Origin: an uncultured Pseudomonadota bacterium
GTDB taxonomy: Bacteria; Pseudomonadota; Alphaproteobacteria; Rs-D84
Reading direction: 5' to 3'
Length of the DNA stretch: 64,000 bases
Assembly (NCBI GenBank): GCA_902771695.1
Contig: CACXXP010000002.1
Span: forward strand, 1,958-65,957
Shown here: positions 15,099-24,593 of the stretch, one piece after another
Layout of the letters: every line of letters begins with the position of its first letter
How positions within the stretch are numbered: position 1 is the stretch's first letter
Position numbers and translations under genes: made by a program
The notes under the pieces: generated by a model
Databases searched by the model: none
Seen by the model: only the letters and a program-made list of their open reading frames with translations
What the model was told of the DNA's origin: nothing

Positions 15099-18000
15099 TT
15101 AAATGCCCAACAAATGCGACACTTTCATCATAAATATGGATTCATTACCAAATTCATCGGTATTATTCGGATTTATACGATATATAAAACCAATTGCACC
15201 GTCCGTAAATGGCCCAAAGTTATGGCGATATGTCGCGTTCAAACGCAATTCACGACGTGACGAAGCCATATCAATATTTCTAATTCCTGTGTCACTTATC
15301 GCCAAATCATAATGCCCATCGCCCGCATCAACAATTTCATAACTTGCGCCATCGTATGTCATGTTACCACGAACAACCGCCAATGGCATTGACACACCCA
15401 AATTGATATTGCCAACATCCGCGCCCAATGCAAACGCATTTGAATCCAATTCAGACATTCCAAAAATAGTTCCCGATGTCATATCTGGGGTCGTGTGTGC
15501 AAACGTTGCACGGGCACGCAGTTTCAACATATCGCCAACTTTCCAGAATGCATCAACATCAACATATTCTGTATCTGCATTACCCACATCCATCAAACCT
15601 GTGGCATACGCCCCCAAAATTGTGTTGCTTTCACGCATTGCACCAAACGATGTATGGAAACCGAACTTTTCACCGCCCCACCCTATTTCTGATTGCGCCC
15701 CAGAAATCGTTCCCAAACGCATTGGTTCATTCAAAGACGAAATTGTTGGATCATTTTCCAATAAACCTTCGTCTGTTATTGCACCGGAAAATCCACGTGC
15801 ACCAAATGACCATTTATTCAGGTTATACGACACACCACCCGTTGTTGCACGTGATGCCAATGCCAATATTGGATTCGCCATTCCATAAAAACGTGATTCA
15901 TTGTCCGTCAAATAATGTTGATAATCTGCGGTCAGTTTCCAATCACCCAAAGAATAGCCAAACCGCATATTGTCTAATCCGCCCATACTGTCGTTATATG
16001 CACGTTCCGAACGAGAAAAACCGAACGACATATTACCAATATTCATTGTATTATCTTTTTCTGCACGCACATGTAAATCGCCCAACACATCGCCCATATA
16101 TAACGCACTGCGTGAATTATTACCAAACGAAACACTGTGTTCCCAGATACGCGGTAAACTCATAGACCCATCAACACTTTCCAACATATCGTATGCCGCC
16201 GTATTTATCGCCACACGTCCCAGGTTCAATGCCGATGACGCACGCAACCCAGTATTTACCGCCGCACGCCAATATGCATTTCCATTTGTTGAAACTATGC
16301 GGCCATTGGTATAGAAATACAGATTTGTTCCCGGCGTTGTCGCGCGTTCAAGATTTATAACCCCATAACCAAAAACCTCTTTAAACGCATCCAAATATGT
16401 CATCAAACCTTCATCTATTCTATACTGATATTCATCGGGCATATCATACAGGGATTGCAAGTGCGCGATTAACGCGGTCTGGGTCAACTGAGTTCCCGCC
16501 GTCAAACGATTTAAGTATGGACCGTCCGCGGTCAACGCCAACAATGTAAATATTTCTTGGGGGGTCATATAATAAAACGCTGAACGCAATGTCCCCGCCG
16601 CACCCGCCGCCGATGCAACCGCCATTTCATCGGTAATACCAACCGATGCGAAACACCACGGATCCATACTACTGGTGCCACGTCCTGCGATACCGCATAT
16701 ACGTGATTTATAATATTGCGTATCACCGTCAACATTACCCGACCATTGCGCCAAAGTGTATTGACTTGGGTTAGAATCTGAATTGGCGGCAATTGTTGTT
16801 TCGCCCTGGGTTGATGCACCAACCGCAACAATAGACATAAATGAATGTGACAAATTGTTAAATACCAATGGCGCCGCATTTTCAAACGTTGCCGGTTGTA
16901 ACGCATCTGCATATAACGCCCCGGTATTTTGTAACGATGCACCTGTTGAGAAAATAGTTAAAGGTTGATTTAACAATGCAATTCCACCAAGCGTGTTAAA
17001 GAATGTTTGTGCATTATTCAATGGTATTAAATTATTTACTGTTGATGCACCACCGTATGCACCTTCAATAAATCCCAAAAAATATGCCTGGGAAAAATTA
17101 TTTGCAACCATATCTTGAACCGTATATGCAGACCGACTGTGCAACGGTTCAATCACATCAGCATTCGCGATGATATCAACACGTGAACGACCGCCACTGG
17201 TATCATTTGCCAATCCCGTACGTGCCAACGCATTCACCAGTGCAGTGTAATTATAGTAATCTACATTTTCGCTGGATATCTGTTTTGCCAACAATAAACT
17301 GCCACCACTTGGCAAATATGCAACATCGGCCATTCCGTCGGCATCAAAATCAACATAATACAGACCACCGGTAAAATACCCATAATAATATTTTGTTTGA
17401 TCATTGGACTGATACGACCATGTTATGCTTTTTGTACCGTCACCCAATTCAGACGATACAACCGATGCAACCGTCGCCGTGACACCAGTACTGGTAAATG
17501 TCATTGTATCCCCAACCGCAACATTACTGGGGTCTGCAAAAGTATATGAACCTGCGACCGAATTATCACCCGCAATCATACGCCGCCCCCCACCGGTACG
17601 ATAAATCGTCATTTGGCCGTTTGGCATAAAACCTGCAAAGTCACCGTTATAGCCCGTTTCGAAATTTCCACCAACAATTTTTCCCAATAAATTATCATCA
17701 AATATCGCCGAACCATTATGTATTGCCGTCCCCGAATTAGACAAATCAAATTCAGATAAATGCACAATATCTTCGGCAGATGTATCATCGGTAATAGAAG
17801 CATTGTTTGCCCCAAGTATAACCGTATTGTTATAATACTTGCTTGAAAGCATACTGTTTGATGCTTCGTTTAAACTGGTTGGTCCAGAATTTGTTGTCCA
17901 AAGTAATAATCTATCCTGTAATGACGAACCATCAACCGCGTTTATCCCGTTCGCCGTTATCAACGCAACATTAACCGGACGCCCACCCATCACAGAATAA

Positions 18001-18836
18001 TCACCCAAATTATAAATTGGATTATCCAAGGAATCACGCAACACCAACGGTTCGTGTGTTGTTGTATTACGCAATGTACGCATTCCCAGGTACCCACGGG
18101 CCAAAGGTGAATATCCACGCATCAACAGCAAATAATTCTGTGACGCCGCACCCGCATAATTATTCATCAAGTAAAAATCTTTGTAATAAACCGTTTCTTC
18201 GTTTTCAGAATCATATTGCGTATAATACAACGCCAAATTATTTGCATAGTTCGCATTTTCCATTGTCGCATTCAACATTGCCGGACCATACGGCAACGCA
18301 CCCACGGACCACGCAGTACCATTACCCGATGGGTTATCACCACCGCCACCGGAACCGCCGCCCCCAGAACCACCACCGCCGGAACCAGAAGACGAAGAAC
18401 CATTATCGTTATCATGATCAAACACATCGGTTAATAAATAAAGTCCACCTACAATAACGGCGGCACCCGCCGCCGCCAATGTTAAACCCTGGGCGGTGGA
18501 TAGCCCACCGAACAGCCCCCCGGTCGTTCCGGGTGAATTTTGCGTTCTGTACCTTTTTATTTGTCGGTCACATTGTGACGCATCGGCACCATACATCTGT
18601 AAAATCTGGGCTGCACGCAAATCGTTATTCATTAACGCCGTACAAACCAGCGACAAACCCGTACTATCAACATAATTTATATTGGCGCCATTGTTGACCA
18701 AAACTTGGACCTGTTGAATATCGGCATTTTTGGCCGCCGCCAACAATTGTGCTGCAACGGTAAAATCACTGGGCGCCGCAAACGCACCGAACGGCGCAAG
18801 CAGTAACGACAAAACGATAAACCTAATGAATTTCAT
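15099..18836 (-). CDS. large surface protein: signal peptide, ankyrin repeats, hydrophobic segment, Gly/Ser linker, long passenger-like region, autotransporter-like C-terminal beta domain
   Basis: Start at ATG 18836 (MKFIRFIVLSLLLAPFGAFA). Ankyrin pattern: LLAAAKNADIQQVQVLVNNGANINYVDSTGLSLVCTALMNNDLRAAQILQMYGADA. Then LTLAAAGAAVIVGGLYLL and SGSGGGGSGGGGSGGGG. The last ~300 aa show alternating hydrophobic beta-strand periodicity (RFGYSLGDWKLTADYQHY ... LRLNATYRHNF ... FMMKVSHLLGI). Confidence 0.55.
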   Translation of the reverse strand: MKFIRFIVLSLLLAPFGAFAAPSDFTVAAQLLAAAKNADIQQVQVLVNNGANINYVDSTGLSLVCTALMNNDLRAAQILQMYGADASQCDRQIKRYRTQNSPGTTGGLFGGLSTAQGLTLAAAGAAVIVGGLYLLTDVFDHDNDNGSSSSGSGGGGSGGGGSGGGGDNPSGNGTAWSVGALPYGPAMLNATMENANYANNLALYYTQYDSENEETVYYKDFYLMNNYAGAASQNYLLLMRGYSPLARGYLGMRTLRNTTTHEPLVLRDSLDNPIYNLGDYSVMGGRPVNVALITANGINAVDGSSLQDRLLLWTTNSGPTSLNEASNSMLSSKYYNNTVILGANNASITDDTSAEDIVHLSEFDLSNSGTAIHNGSAIFDDNLLGKIVGGNFETGYNGDFAGFMPNGQMTIYRTGGGRRMIAGDNSVAGSYTFADPSNVAVGDTMTFTSTGVTATVASVVSSELGDGTKSITWSYQSNDQTKYYYGYFTGGLYYVDFDADGMADVAYLPSGGSLLLAKQISSENVDYYNYTALVNALARTGLANDTSGGRSRVDIIANADVIEPLHSRSAYTVQDMVANNFSQAYFLGFIEGAYGGASTVNNLIPLNNAQTFFNTLGGIALLNQPLTIFSTGASLQNTGALYADALQPATFENAAPLVFNNLSHSFMSIVAVGASTQGETTIAANSDSNPSQYTLAQWSGNVDGDTQYYKSRICGIAGRGTSSMDPWCFASVGITDEMAVASAAGAAGTLRSAFYYMTPQEIFTLLALTADGPYLNRLTAGTQLTQTALIAHLQSLYDMPDEYQYRIDEGLMTYLDAFKEVFGYGVINLERATTPGTNLYFYTNGRIVSTNGNAYWRAAVNTGLRASSALNLGRVAINTAAYDMLESVDGSMSLPRIWEHSVSFGNNSRSALYMGDVLGDLHVRAEKDNTMNIGNMSFGFSRSERAYNDSMGGLDNMRFGYSLGDWKLTADYQHYLTDNESRFYGMANPILALASRATTGGVSYNLNKWSFGARGFSGAITDEGLLENDPTISSLNEPMRLGTISGAQSEIGWGGEKFGFHTSFGAMRESNTILGAYATGLMDVGNADTEYVDVDAFWKVGDMLKLRARATFAHTTPDMTSGTIFGMSELDSNAFALGADVGNINLGVSMPLAVVRGNMTYDGASYEIVDAGDGHYDLAISDTGIRNIDMASSRRELRLNATYRHNFGPFTDGAIGFIYRINPNNTDEFGNESIFMMKVSHLLGI

Positions 18837-18900
18837 ACACAAACTCTCTCTGATATTCTGCATTTTAACACAGAACATTTACATGTGTCTAGCAAAAAAT

Positions 18901-18926
18901 AAACGGGGCAAACAATTGCCCCGTTT
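18901..18926 (-). terminator. intrinsic terminator after the 18949-19269 gene
   Basis: Stem AAACGGGGCA / TGCCCCGTTT with a 6-nt loop. A/T runs flank both sides. Confidence 0.7.
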
Positions 18927-18948
18927 ATTTTTGATTTTTGTGCCAACT

Positions 18949-19269
18949 TTACCGTGAAACACCATTTATTTTTTCATCCACAATTGGTGACGGTATTGGT
19001 TGATGTATGCTGTCCGCAGGAATTTCAATCCAACCATCTTCTTGTTTTTTATAGATTGGTGGATTTTTTGGTTTTGGACCAAATTTGATTTGTGGCGCCT
19101 GTTCAACACGATACAATTTCCAATTTTTTGGATTACGCATCGCATTTACAAAGGTGGTATCCACAACCTTTTTTGGTTCCTGCGTTTGTGCATTGGCACT
19201 TGCGATACCAACAAACAAAATCGCAAATAATGTCGCACCACGTAAAGAATTTAACAATTTCTTTTGCAT
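18949..19269 (-). CDS. small secreted protein (106 aa)
   Basis: Start at ATG 19269 (MQKKLLNSLRGATLFAILFVGIASANA). Lys/Pro-rich mature part. Confidence 0.5.
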   Translation of the reverse strand: MQKKLLNSLRGATLFAILFVGIASANAQTQEPKKVVDTTFVNAMRNPKNWKLYRVEQAPQIKFGPKPKNPPIYKKQEDGWIEIPADSIHQPIPSPIVDEKINGVSR

Positions 19270-19285
19270 TGTGTACACCTTTATA

Positions 19286-20101
19286 TTATCTGCCTCGGTC
19301 ATTTGGATTGCCACCAAACTGATATGTTTGCCGTTCCACAGTTACATCACCATTTGGATTTGTGGTTTTTTTGGTTGTGATTGTCGCACGACCACTCATA
19401 TGAACGTGAATATGTGTGTGGCATTCCTCGGATTCTTGTTGACACGGACAAGGATCTTGTGGTTTGTCATTCTGTGGTTTATCATCCTGTGGTTTCGTCG
19501 GCTTGGTCGGCTTTGTTGGTTTTGTCGGCTTGGTCGGCTTGGTCGGCGTTGTAGTTGTTGGTGTCGTCGGTTCAGTCACAACATTGTTATTGTTACCATT
19601 AACCGTGGTGTTACCATTGTTGCTGCTGTTGTTATTTGTATTAGAATTATTATTGGTACTGGTATTATTCACTGTTTGGCTATTGTTATTCTGCTGACTA
19701 TTATTTTGTGTATTGCTAACATTTGAATTACCAGAATTGGTTACATTTCCAACGTTGTTGATGATTACACCATTATTGATTATTGTCATACAATCCGTGC
19801 ATGTTGTATCAGGCAACACAATTGTGTCATGCACAACCACTGTGTCACATGGCATTGTGATAGTATCATAAAAATATACTGTATCACATGGCAATTGTAA
19901 TGTATCTGGACTGACTGAATCCGCAGTATCCATTGCGAAATGGACATCAGCCATCACTGGCAATCTTTCCACTGTCGGTTTTGCCTGATAATCATAAACT
20001 GCACGACCCGGTTGTTCTTGTTTTTGACCACACGCGGTCAAGAACTTTGCAATTATAACCATTTCTAGTATATGTATTATGTTTTTCTTACGCATTTTCA
20101 A
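19286..20101 (-). CDS. lipoprotein with Asn-rich low-complexity region and PTKP repeats
   Basis: Lipobox AKFLTAC-GQ. Asn-rich run NNSQQNNNSQTVNNTSTNNNSNTNNNSSNNGN, then (PTK)n PTKPTKPTKPTKPTKP and DKPQN/DKPQD repeats. Confidence 0.65.
   Translation of the reverse strand: MKMRKKNIIHILEMVIIAKFLTACGQKQEQPGRAVYDYQAKPTVERLPVMADVHFAMDTADSVSPDTLQLPCDTVYFYDTITMPCDTVVVHDTIVLPDTTCTDCMTIINNGVIINNVGNVTNSGNSNVSNTQNNSQQNNNSQTVNNTSTNNNSNTNNNSSNNGNTTVNGNNNNVVTEPTTPTTTTPTKPTKPTKPTKPTKPTKPQDDKPQNDKPQDPCPCQQESEECHTHIHVHMSGRATITTKKTTNPNGDVTVERQTYQFGGNPNDRGR
19460..19550 (-). repeat. in-frame short tandem repeats (12-bp and 15-bp units)
   Basis: Reiterated GGCTTGGTCGGC / GGTTTTGTCGGC and TGTGGTTT(G/A)TCAT(T/C)C units. 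They encode the PTKP and DKPQx repeats. Confidence 0.8.
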
Positions 20102-20173
20102 CCTCCTTTGGCTGTTTCTTTACTATGATTATAGACAAAATTTTTACATTGTCAATAGATAAATAAAAATATT

Positions 20174-20202
20174 TTGCAACAGGCGTCTTTTTTTGATATA
20201 AT
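20174..20202 (+). promoter_or_regulatory. sigma70-type promoter for the 20224-23638 operon
   Basis: TTGCAA (20174-20179), 17 nt spacer, TATAAT (20197-20202) preceded by TGA (extended -10). GAGGGG RBS before ATG 20224. Confidence 0.6.
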
Positions 20203-20223
20203 CAAAATATTGGATTAGAGGGG

Positions 20224-21087
20224 ATGAAGTATTTTAATCTGTTTTTCATCGCTGTGTTTGGCGCGTTTACTGCATTCTGCGGTCATGCCGCTGTAAGCAA
20301 ATGTTCCAAAACAAATCTTGCGCGATGCCTTGATTCTGCATGCGCCATCAACGCCAGTATGAATCCTGCGGCGCGTTGCCAATATTGCGGGACATCTGGG
20401 GCCGGCGAACCACCATCGCAAAAAGGATTAAACAACATTACCGCCGGTCAATCCACCAAATATGCACTCAGCGAAAAAGATTTGAAAGTTGCGCCATCTG
20501 ATCCCGGAAAACGCTATATTTGGGCCACAACCGAATGTATTAAAAAATTACCGGATTGTACCCCAGACGATGCATCGGCCGCATATGATAAATTGATTGA
20601 ACAATCTTGTAAAGCCGCCGGTGTTACAATGCAAATCCAAAATGCCGCAACCAAACTTAATACAAAAAAGACGAAAACAAGTTGCAATAACACATTTACG
20701 ACGTGTATGGATAAAAAATGTGGCACGGCATTTGAATTGTGCGAAACGGATTCTGATTTTGATCGTGTCATTGCCGAATGTGGTGCCGATGCCACGGGGT
20801 GTGATGATTATATTGCCGAATTCAAAAAGACATTTGGAAATGCGCGCACGAATGCAATGAACAATCGTGAAAATCTTGTTAAAACAATCGCAGAAAATTA
20901 TCAAAAAAGTCGCAAAACAAAATTGGAAAACATACAAAAAGGTTGCACCAAAGGAACCGCTGCGGATGCATGCATTGAAAGTGTATGTGCAAACAACATG
21001 CGTGGTAAATGCAAAGAATCAAAAGAAAAATCAATGGCAAAACAATTATGCAAATTCTATGACAATGCATGTACGGTGTTGAAATAA
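20224..21087 (+). CDS. secreted cysteine-module protein (287 aa), unknown family
   Basis: Signal peptide MKYFNLFFIAVFGAFTAFCGHA. About 24 Cys, including CNNTFTTCMDKKCGTAFELC and CSKTNLARCLDSAC. Confidence 0.65.
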   Translation: MKYFNLFFIAVFGAFTAFCGHAAVSKCSKTNLARCLDSACAINASMNPAARCQYCGTSGAGEPPSQKGLNNITAGQSTKYALSEKDLKVAPSDPGKRYIWATTECIKKLPDCTPDDASAAYDKLIEQSCKAAGVTMQIQNAATKLNTKKTKTSCNNTFTTCMDKKCGTAFELCETDSDFDRVIAECGADATGCDDYIAEFKKTFGNARTNAMNNRENLVKTIAENYQKSRKTKLENIQKGCTKGTAADACIESVCANNMRGKCKESKEKSMAKQLCKFYDNACTVLK

Positions 21088-21088
21088 A

Positions 21089-23638
21089 ATGAGACAGAAG
21101 ATTGGAATTTTTTCTAAGATTTGTGTAATGGCAACAGCCGCGTGCATGTGCTTTGCTTTTAATTCTTATGCCGCCACAAAAACGAAACAAACGAAATCAA
21201 ACACATCAACGAAACCTGTTGTCGTTAACAACAAAACATCACAATTTGACGAAGTATTTTCTGATTTAGGCGCGAAAACCGCCGATACAACCAGTGCTGA
21301 TTTGGCGGAACGCGTTCGTCAGCAACGCGCATTATTGGATGGGAAAGGCAACAGTCAATCTGTGGCCAAGGCATCCGGCGTCACAGGTGCAAACGCATGT
21401 GATGCAACATTGCGTAAATGTATGGCAGAAAAATGCGGTTCTGATTTTACAAAATGTGCCAAAGACAGCACTGCTATTTGGGGCGACAAAATGGATTCTT
21501 GCCGTCGTAAAACCAAATGCACCGGACATGAATATTCACTGCTGGCCCCGGAAATATTGGCAGACCGTGATTTCAACGAACGCATGTCATATTACAATTC
21601 TGTGATTTCATGCGGGAACAGATACAATTCATGTATCTTTGCTGAATGTGGCATAATGTTGGAAAAATGTTTATCTAAATCCGATGGCGACCGTGCCGTT
21701 TCCAAATGCGCACCTGTTGCAAAAGATTGCAAAGAACAAGATAGTGGTATGGCCGCACGTGTAATGTCGGTATTTGGCGATTTACGAACCGTTGCCATGG
21801 CCCAGGCCGAAAAGGACGAAAAACGTTTGTATGAACTGCGTGATTTAATGCGTAACCAATGCAATCGATTGGGTGCAGTGTTTGATGAACGCACATTGGA
21901 TTGTGTTTATACGGTTAACTTCTTTGCCGGTGATAATACCAGTACCCCAACATCATCCAAAAAATTGTATGCCGGCGACAGTTTCCAATGCAATGCAAAC
22001 TGGTTTGGCATAGACGTCACAACATTCAAAGAAAACGCATATCGTCGGACACGTGCACAAACATCAGCATCATCTGCAATGATGGGGGCGGGTGTCGGTG
22101 TCGCCGCAGGATTACTGTCATCGGGTGCAATCGATCGCGCATTAGACACCCAAAGGGCAGAAAAAGCCGCAAAAGAAGAATGCCAAAATTCTGGATATAC
22201 CTGGGAAAAAGGTACGTGCAATAAAGATAAACCATACACAGGCAACAAGAATAATAATGACGACGACGATGAAGAAACAGGTGAAGAAGTCACCGACGAT
22301 AGTGGCAATAACGACCAAAGTGGGAACGAGAACCAGCAGAATTTAGAACAAGAATGCACTGAAAAAGGCCGTAAATATGCCAATGGTTCCTGCACCACAG
22401 AATGTCTTGCCGAAGGGTACGAATATGATTCAACCAGCCAAACCTGTAACGAACATTCAAATGCAAACGAACTGTTCCTTTATTGCAGTGGATTTGAAGA
22501 AGAATCTACATGTGATACCGACAAATGCGAATGGAACGATAATTGTGTTCCAAAATCTGCACCAAGACAAAATATTTCAACTGATGAAACCCCAACCCAA
22601 ACCCCTGTTGCCCCAGGCAAGAATGTCAACATATCTCTGCAGGTAACAGACAAAACCCAAACAGTCAAACTTATGGCAGAAATAAAATGTGGTACAAAAA
22701 CCGCAAAAACGCCGGCACTTGGAAAGAAAATCACCTTGAAAAATATTGCCAGCACCGAAACCTGTGTTATATCGGCCACAGATTGTGAATCAAAGAAATT
22801 CCAGGCAGGTGTTTTAGCACAAGGTTCACAGAAGTTTTTGGTATGTCCAAAAATCGACGAATGTATCACCAATGGCGGTAAATGGAAAAACAACAAATGT
22901 TCGGGGGCGAATGTCACGGCGACAAATTCATGTGAACTGACACCACAGGCAATATGTGGTCAAGGTATCCAACGCGGCAAATGCGAATGGAACGGCACAA
23001 AGTGCGTAGAAAAAAAAAATAGTTCCGTAACACCACCAAATGGAAATTCTAATCGACAAAATGGTTCTGCGAACGGCGGCGGTGCACAATCATGTAATTT
23101 AGATTTTACAAGTTTGGCAAAGAATTTAAAATTGGATACCCCAATATCATTGTCAAACTGTAACGAAAATACCGCTCAATACATAACTGGCACGCGCGCA
23201 TTAGAAAAAGCCTGCTATAACTACCAGGGTATATTAGTATTACGCAGCGACAATACAACGGTATCCGAATACCGTGTAGAACCAAAAATAGAAAATAATT
23301 CTTTTGTATGCAAATTCAAAAACTGGTGGGATGTTAAAGATCCCAATGGTAGATTCAAAACACCAGATGAATGGGATACAGAAACACACCCCAGTGACAC
23401 AGAATGTGCAACTACATGCAATCAAATAAAATCTGTTACAGATCCGACCAAAAACATACTTGCTTTCCCTGGAGAAAAACAATGTTTAAAAGTGTGCACA
23501 TCAAACATTCAAACGGCCTGCGAAGGACTTATTGGTAAAAAAGATGGTGACGCACCTATTACGAAAATATATGTTCAATATCACGTAAACAATCAAAATA
23601 ACTTGATGTATCATTGTCAATATGGTTATCAGCGATAG
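21089..23638 (+). CDS. secreted cysteine-module / glycine-zipper protein (849 aa), unknown family
   Basis: Start lies 1 nt after the upstream stop (TAA-A-ATG). Signal peptide present. Modules CDATLRKCMAEKCGSDFTKC and CGNRYNSCIFAECGIMLEKC. Hydrophobic MMGAGVGVAAGLLSSGAI, an acidic NNNDDDDEETGEE linker, and C-terminal KCEWNDNC and KCEWNGTKC. Confidence 0.65.
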   Translation: MRQKIGIFSKICVMATAACMCFAFNSYAATKTKQTKSNTSTKPVVVNNKTSQFDEVFSDLGAKTADTTSADLAERVRQQRALLDGKGNSQSVAKASGVTGANACDATLRKCMAEKCGSDFTKCAKDSTAIWGDKMDSCRRKTKCTGHEYSLLAPEILADRDFNERMSYYNSVISCGNRYNSCIFAECGIMLEKCLSKSDGDRAVSKCAPVAKDCKEQDSGMAARVMSVFGDLRTVAMAQAEKDEKRLYELRDLMRNQCNRLGAVFDERTLDCVYTVNFFAGDNTSTPTSSKKLYAGDSFQCNANWFGIDVTTFKENAYRRTRAQTSASSAMMGAGVGVAAGLLSSGAIDRALDTQRAEKAAKEECQNSGYTWEKGTCNKDKPYTGNKNNNDDDDEETGEEVTDDSGNNDQSGNENQQNLEQECTEKGRKYANGSCTTECLAEGYEYDSTSQTCNEHSNANELFLYCSGFEEESTCDTDKCEWNDNCVPKSAPRQNISTDETPTQTPVAPGKNVNISLQVTDKTQTVKLMAEIKCGTKTAKTPALGKKITLKNIASTETCVISATDCESKKFQAGVLAQGSQKFLVCPKIDECITNGGKWKNNKCSGANVTATNSCELTPQAICGQGIQRGKCEWNGTKCVEKKNSSVTPPNGNSNRQNGSANGGGAQSCNLDFTSLAKNLKLDTPISLSNCNENTAQYITGTRALEKACYNYQGILVLRSDNTTVSEYRVEPKIENNSFVCKFKNWWDVKDPNGRFKTPDEWDTETHPSDTECATTCNQIKSVTDPTKNILAFPGEKQCLKVCTSNIQTACEGLIGKKDGDAPITKIYVQYHVNNQNNLMYHCQYGYQR

Positions 23639-23723
23639 TTTTATCTAAAAAATTATCAGTTTGACAAACTGAAATAAGTTCTTATAATTGCACCTCGGTG
23701 TAAAAACAACGGGGGTATATTTT

Positions 23724-24593
23724 ATGAATTTCTGTCCAAAAATTGCACGTGAAAGTTATGATATACATGGCAACTATGTCCCGGCATGGCGTAAATATGT
23801 ACGGACACACCCAGGTGCAAAAATTAACAATTCAGCAGACATTAGCAATTTTGGTCCTTATTCACCCGCATACCCAACAACAAACGAAGATTGGCGTTTC
23901 GCAATGCAGAAATTACAACCCCAAAATAAATCTATCCTTACCGTTGCAGGCAGCGGGGATCAGGCCATCGCATTTGCTATTTCGGGTGCAAAAGATATCG
24001 ATACTTTTGACAAGACGGTTTTCGCAAACATAATCATGCAAATGAAATTTTCTGCGATTCCGACATTGGATTATACCCAATACAAAGATTTTGTTAATGG
24101 AATTGTCAATGCGAAATCTGTACGCGATATTCCGTCATTCGATAAAATTGCACCAAAATGCCCACGTGATATAATCACAACAACCAAACAAATGCACGGT
24201 TGCAAGATATTTCATAATGGATGCGGGGTACGACATGAATATATGCCAACCGAATCGGAATACAATATTGCCCAACAAGTAATCAGTACAAAACAGGTGA
24301 ATTTTATTTGGACAGATTTGCAAGACCTGCACACCCATTTGGACAAATCATACGACATAATATACCTGTCTAATATTTTTGAAGATTTTTACCAAGGTAG
24401 TAAAATTACCGCGACACTTAATAATCTGCGTCCATTTCTAAACATAAACGGTCAAATAATGCTTTATACATCATGGGTTCACACGCAAACATCTGAAAAC
24501 ATTGTTGCGGCGGCAAGTAAATGCGAATGGGCAAAAATAGAATCACGCGAAAAACAAAATGCGGTCATGCTGTTGTTAACCCGCGTGCATTAA
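23724..24593 (+). CDS. DUF3419/BtaA-like SAM-dependent methyltransferase-fold protein (tentative)
   Basis: Start moved to ATG 23724 (GGGGGT RBS). YPTTNEDWRFAMQKL...ILTVAGSGDQAIAFAISGAKDIDTFD resembles the WED ... SAG(C/D)N ... D Rossmann N-terminus of that family. Confidence 0.4.
   Translation: MNFCPKIARESYDIHGNYVPAWRKYVRTHPGAKINNSADISNFGPYSPAYPTTNEDWRFAMQKLQPQNKSILTVAGSGDQAIAFAISGAKDIDTFDKTVFANIIMQMKFSAIPTLDYTQYKDFVNGIVNAKSVRDIPSFDKIAPKCPRDIITTTKQMHGCKIFHNGCGVRHEYMPTESEYNIAQQVISTKQVNFIWTDLQDLHTHLDKSYDIIYLSNIFEDFYQGSKITATLNNLRPFLNINGQIMLYTSWVHTQTSENIVAAASKCEWAKIESREKQNAVMLLLTRVH

Noticed and set aside
16500-16950. Possible subtilase (S8) catalytic domain in the ankyrin/autotransporter-like protein, from GYGVINLERA and an Ala/Gly-rich stretch.
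   Set aside because: I could not identify the Asp, His and GTSxA Ser motifs, so the protease call is not supported.
19085-19726. 213-aa and 77-aa plus-strand ORFs rich in Cys/Leu/Val/Gly.
   Set aside because: Antisense to the lipoprotein and small secreted-protein genes. Their composition is the mirror of the Asn/Thr/Pro/Lys repeats.
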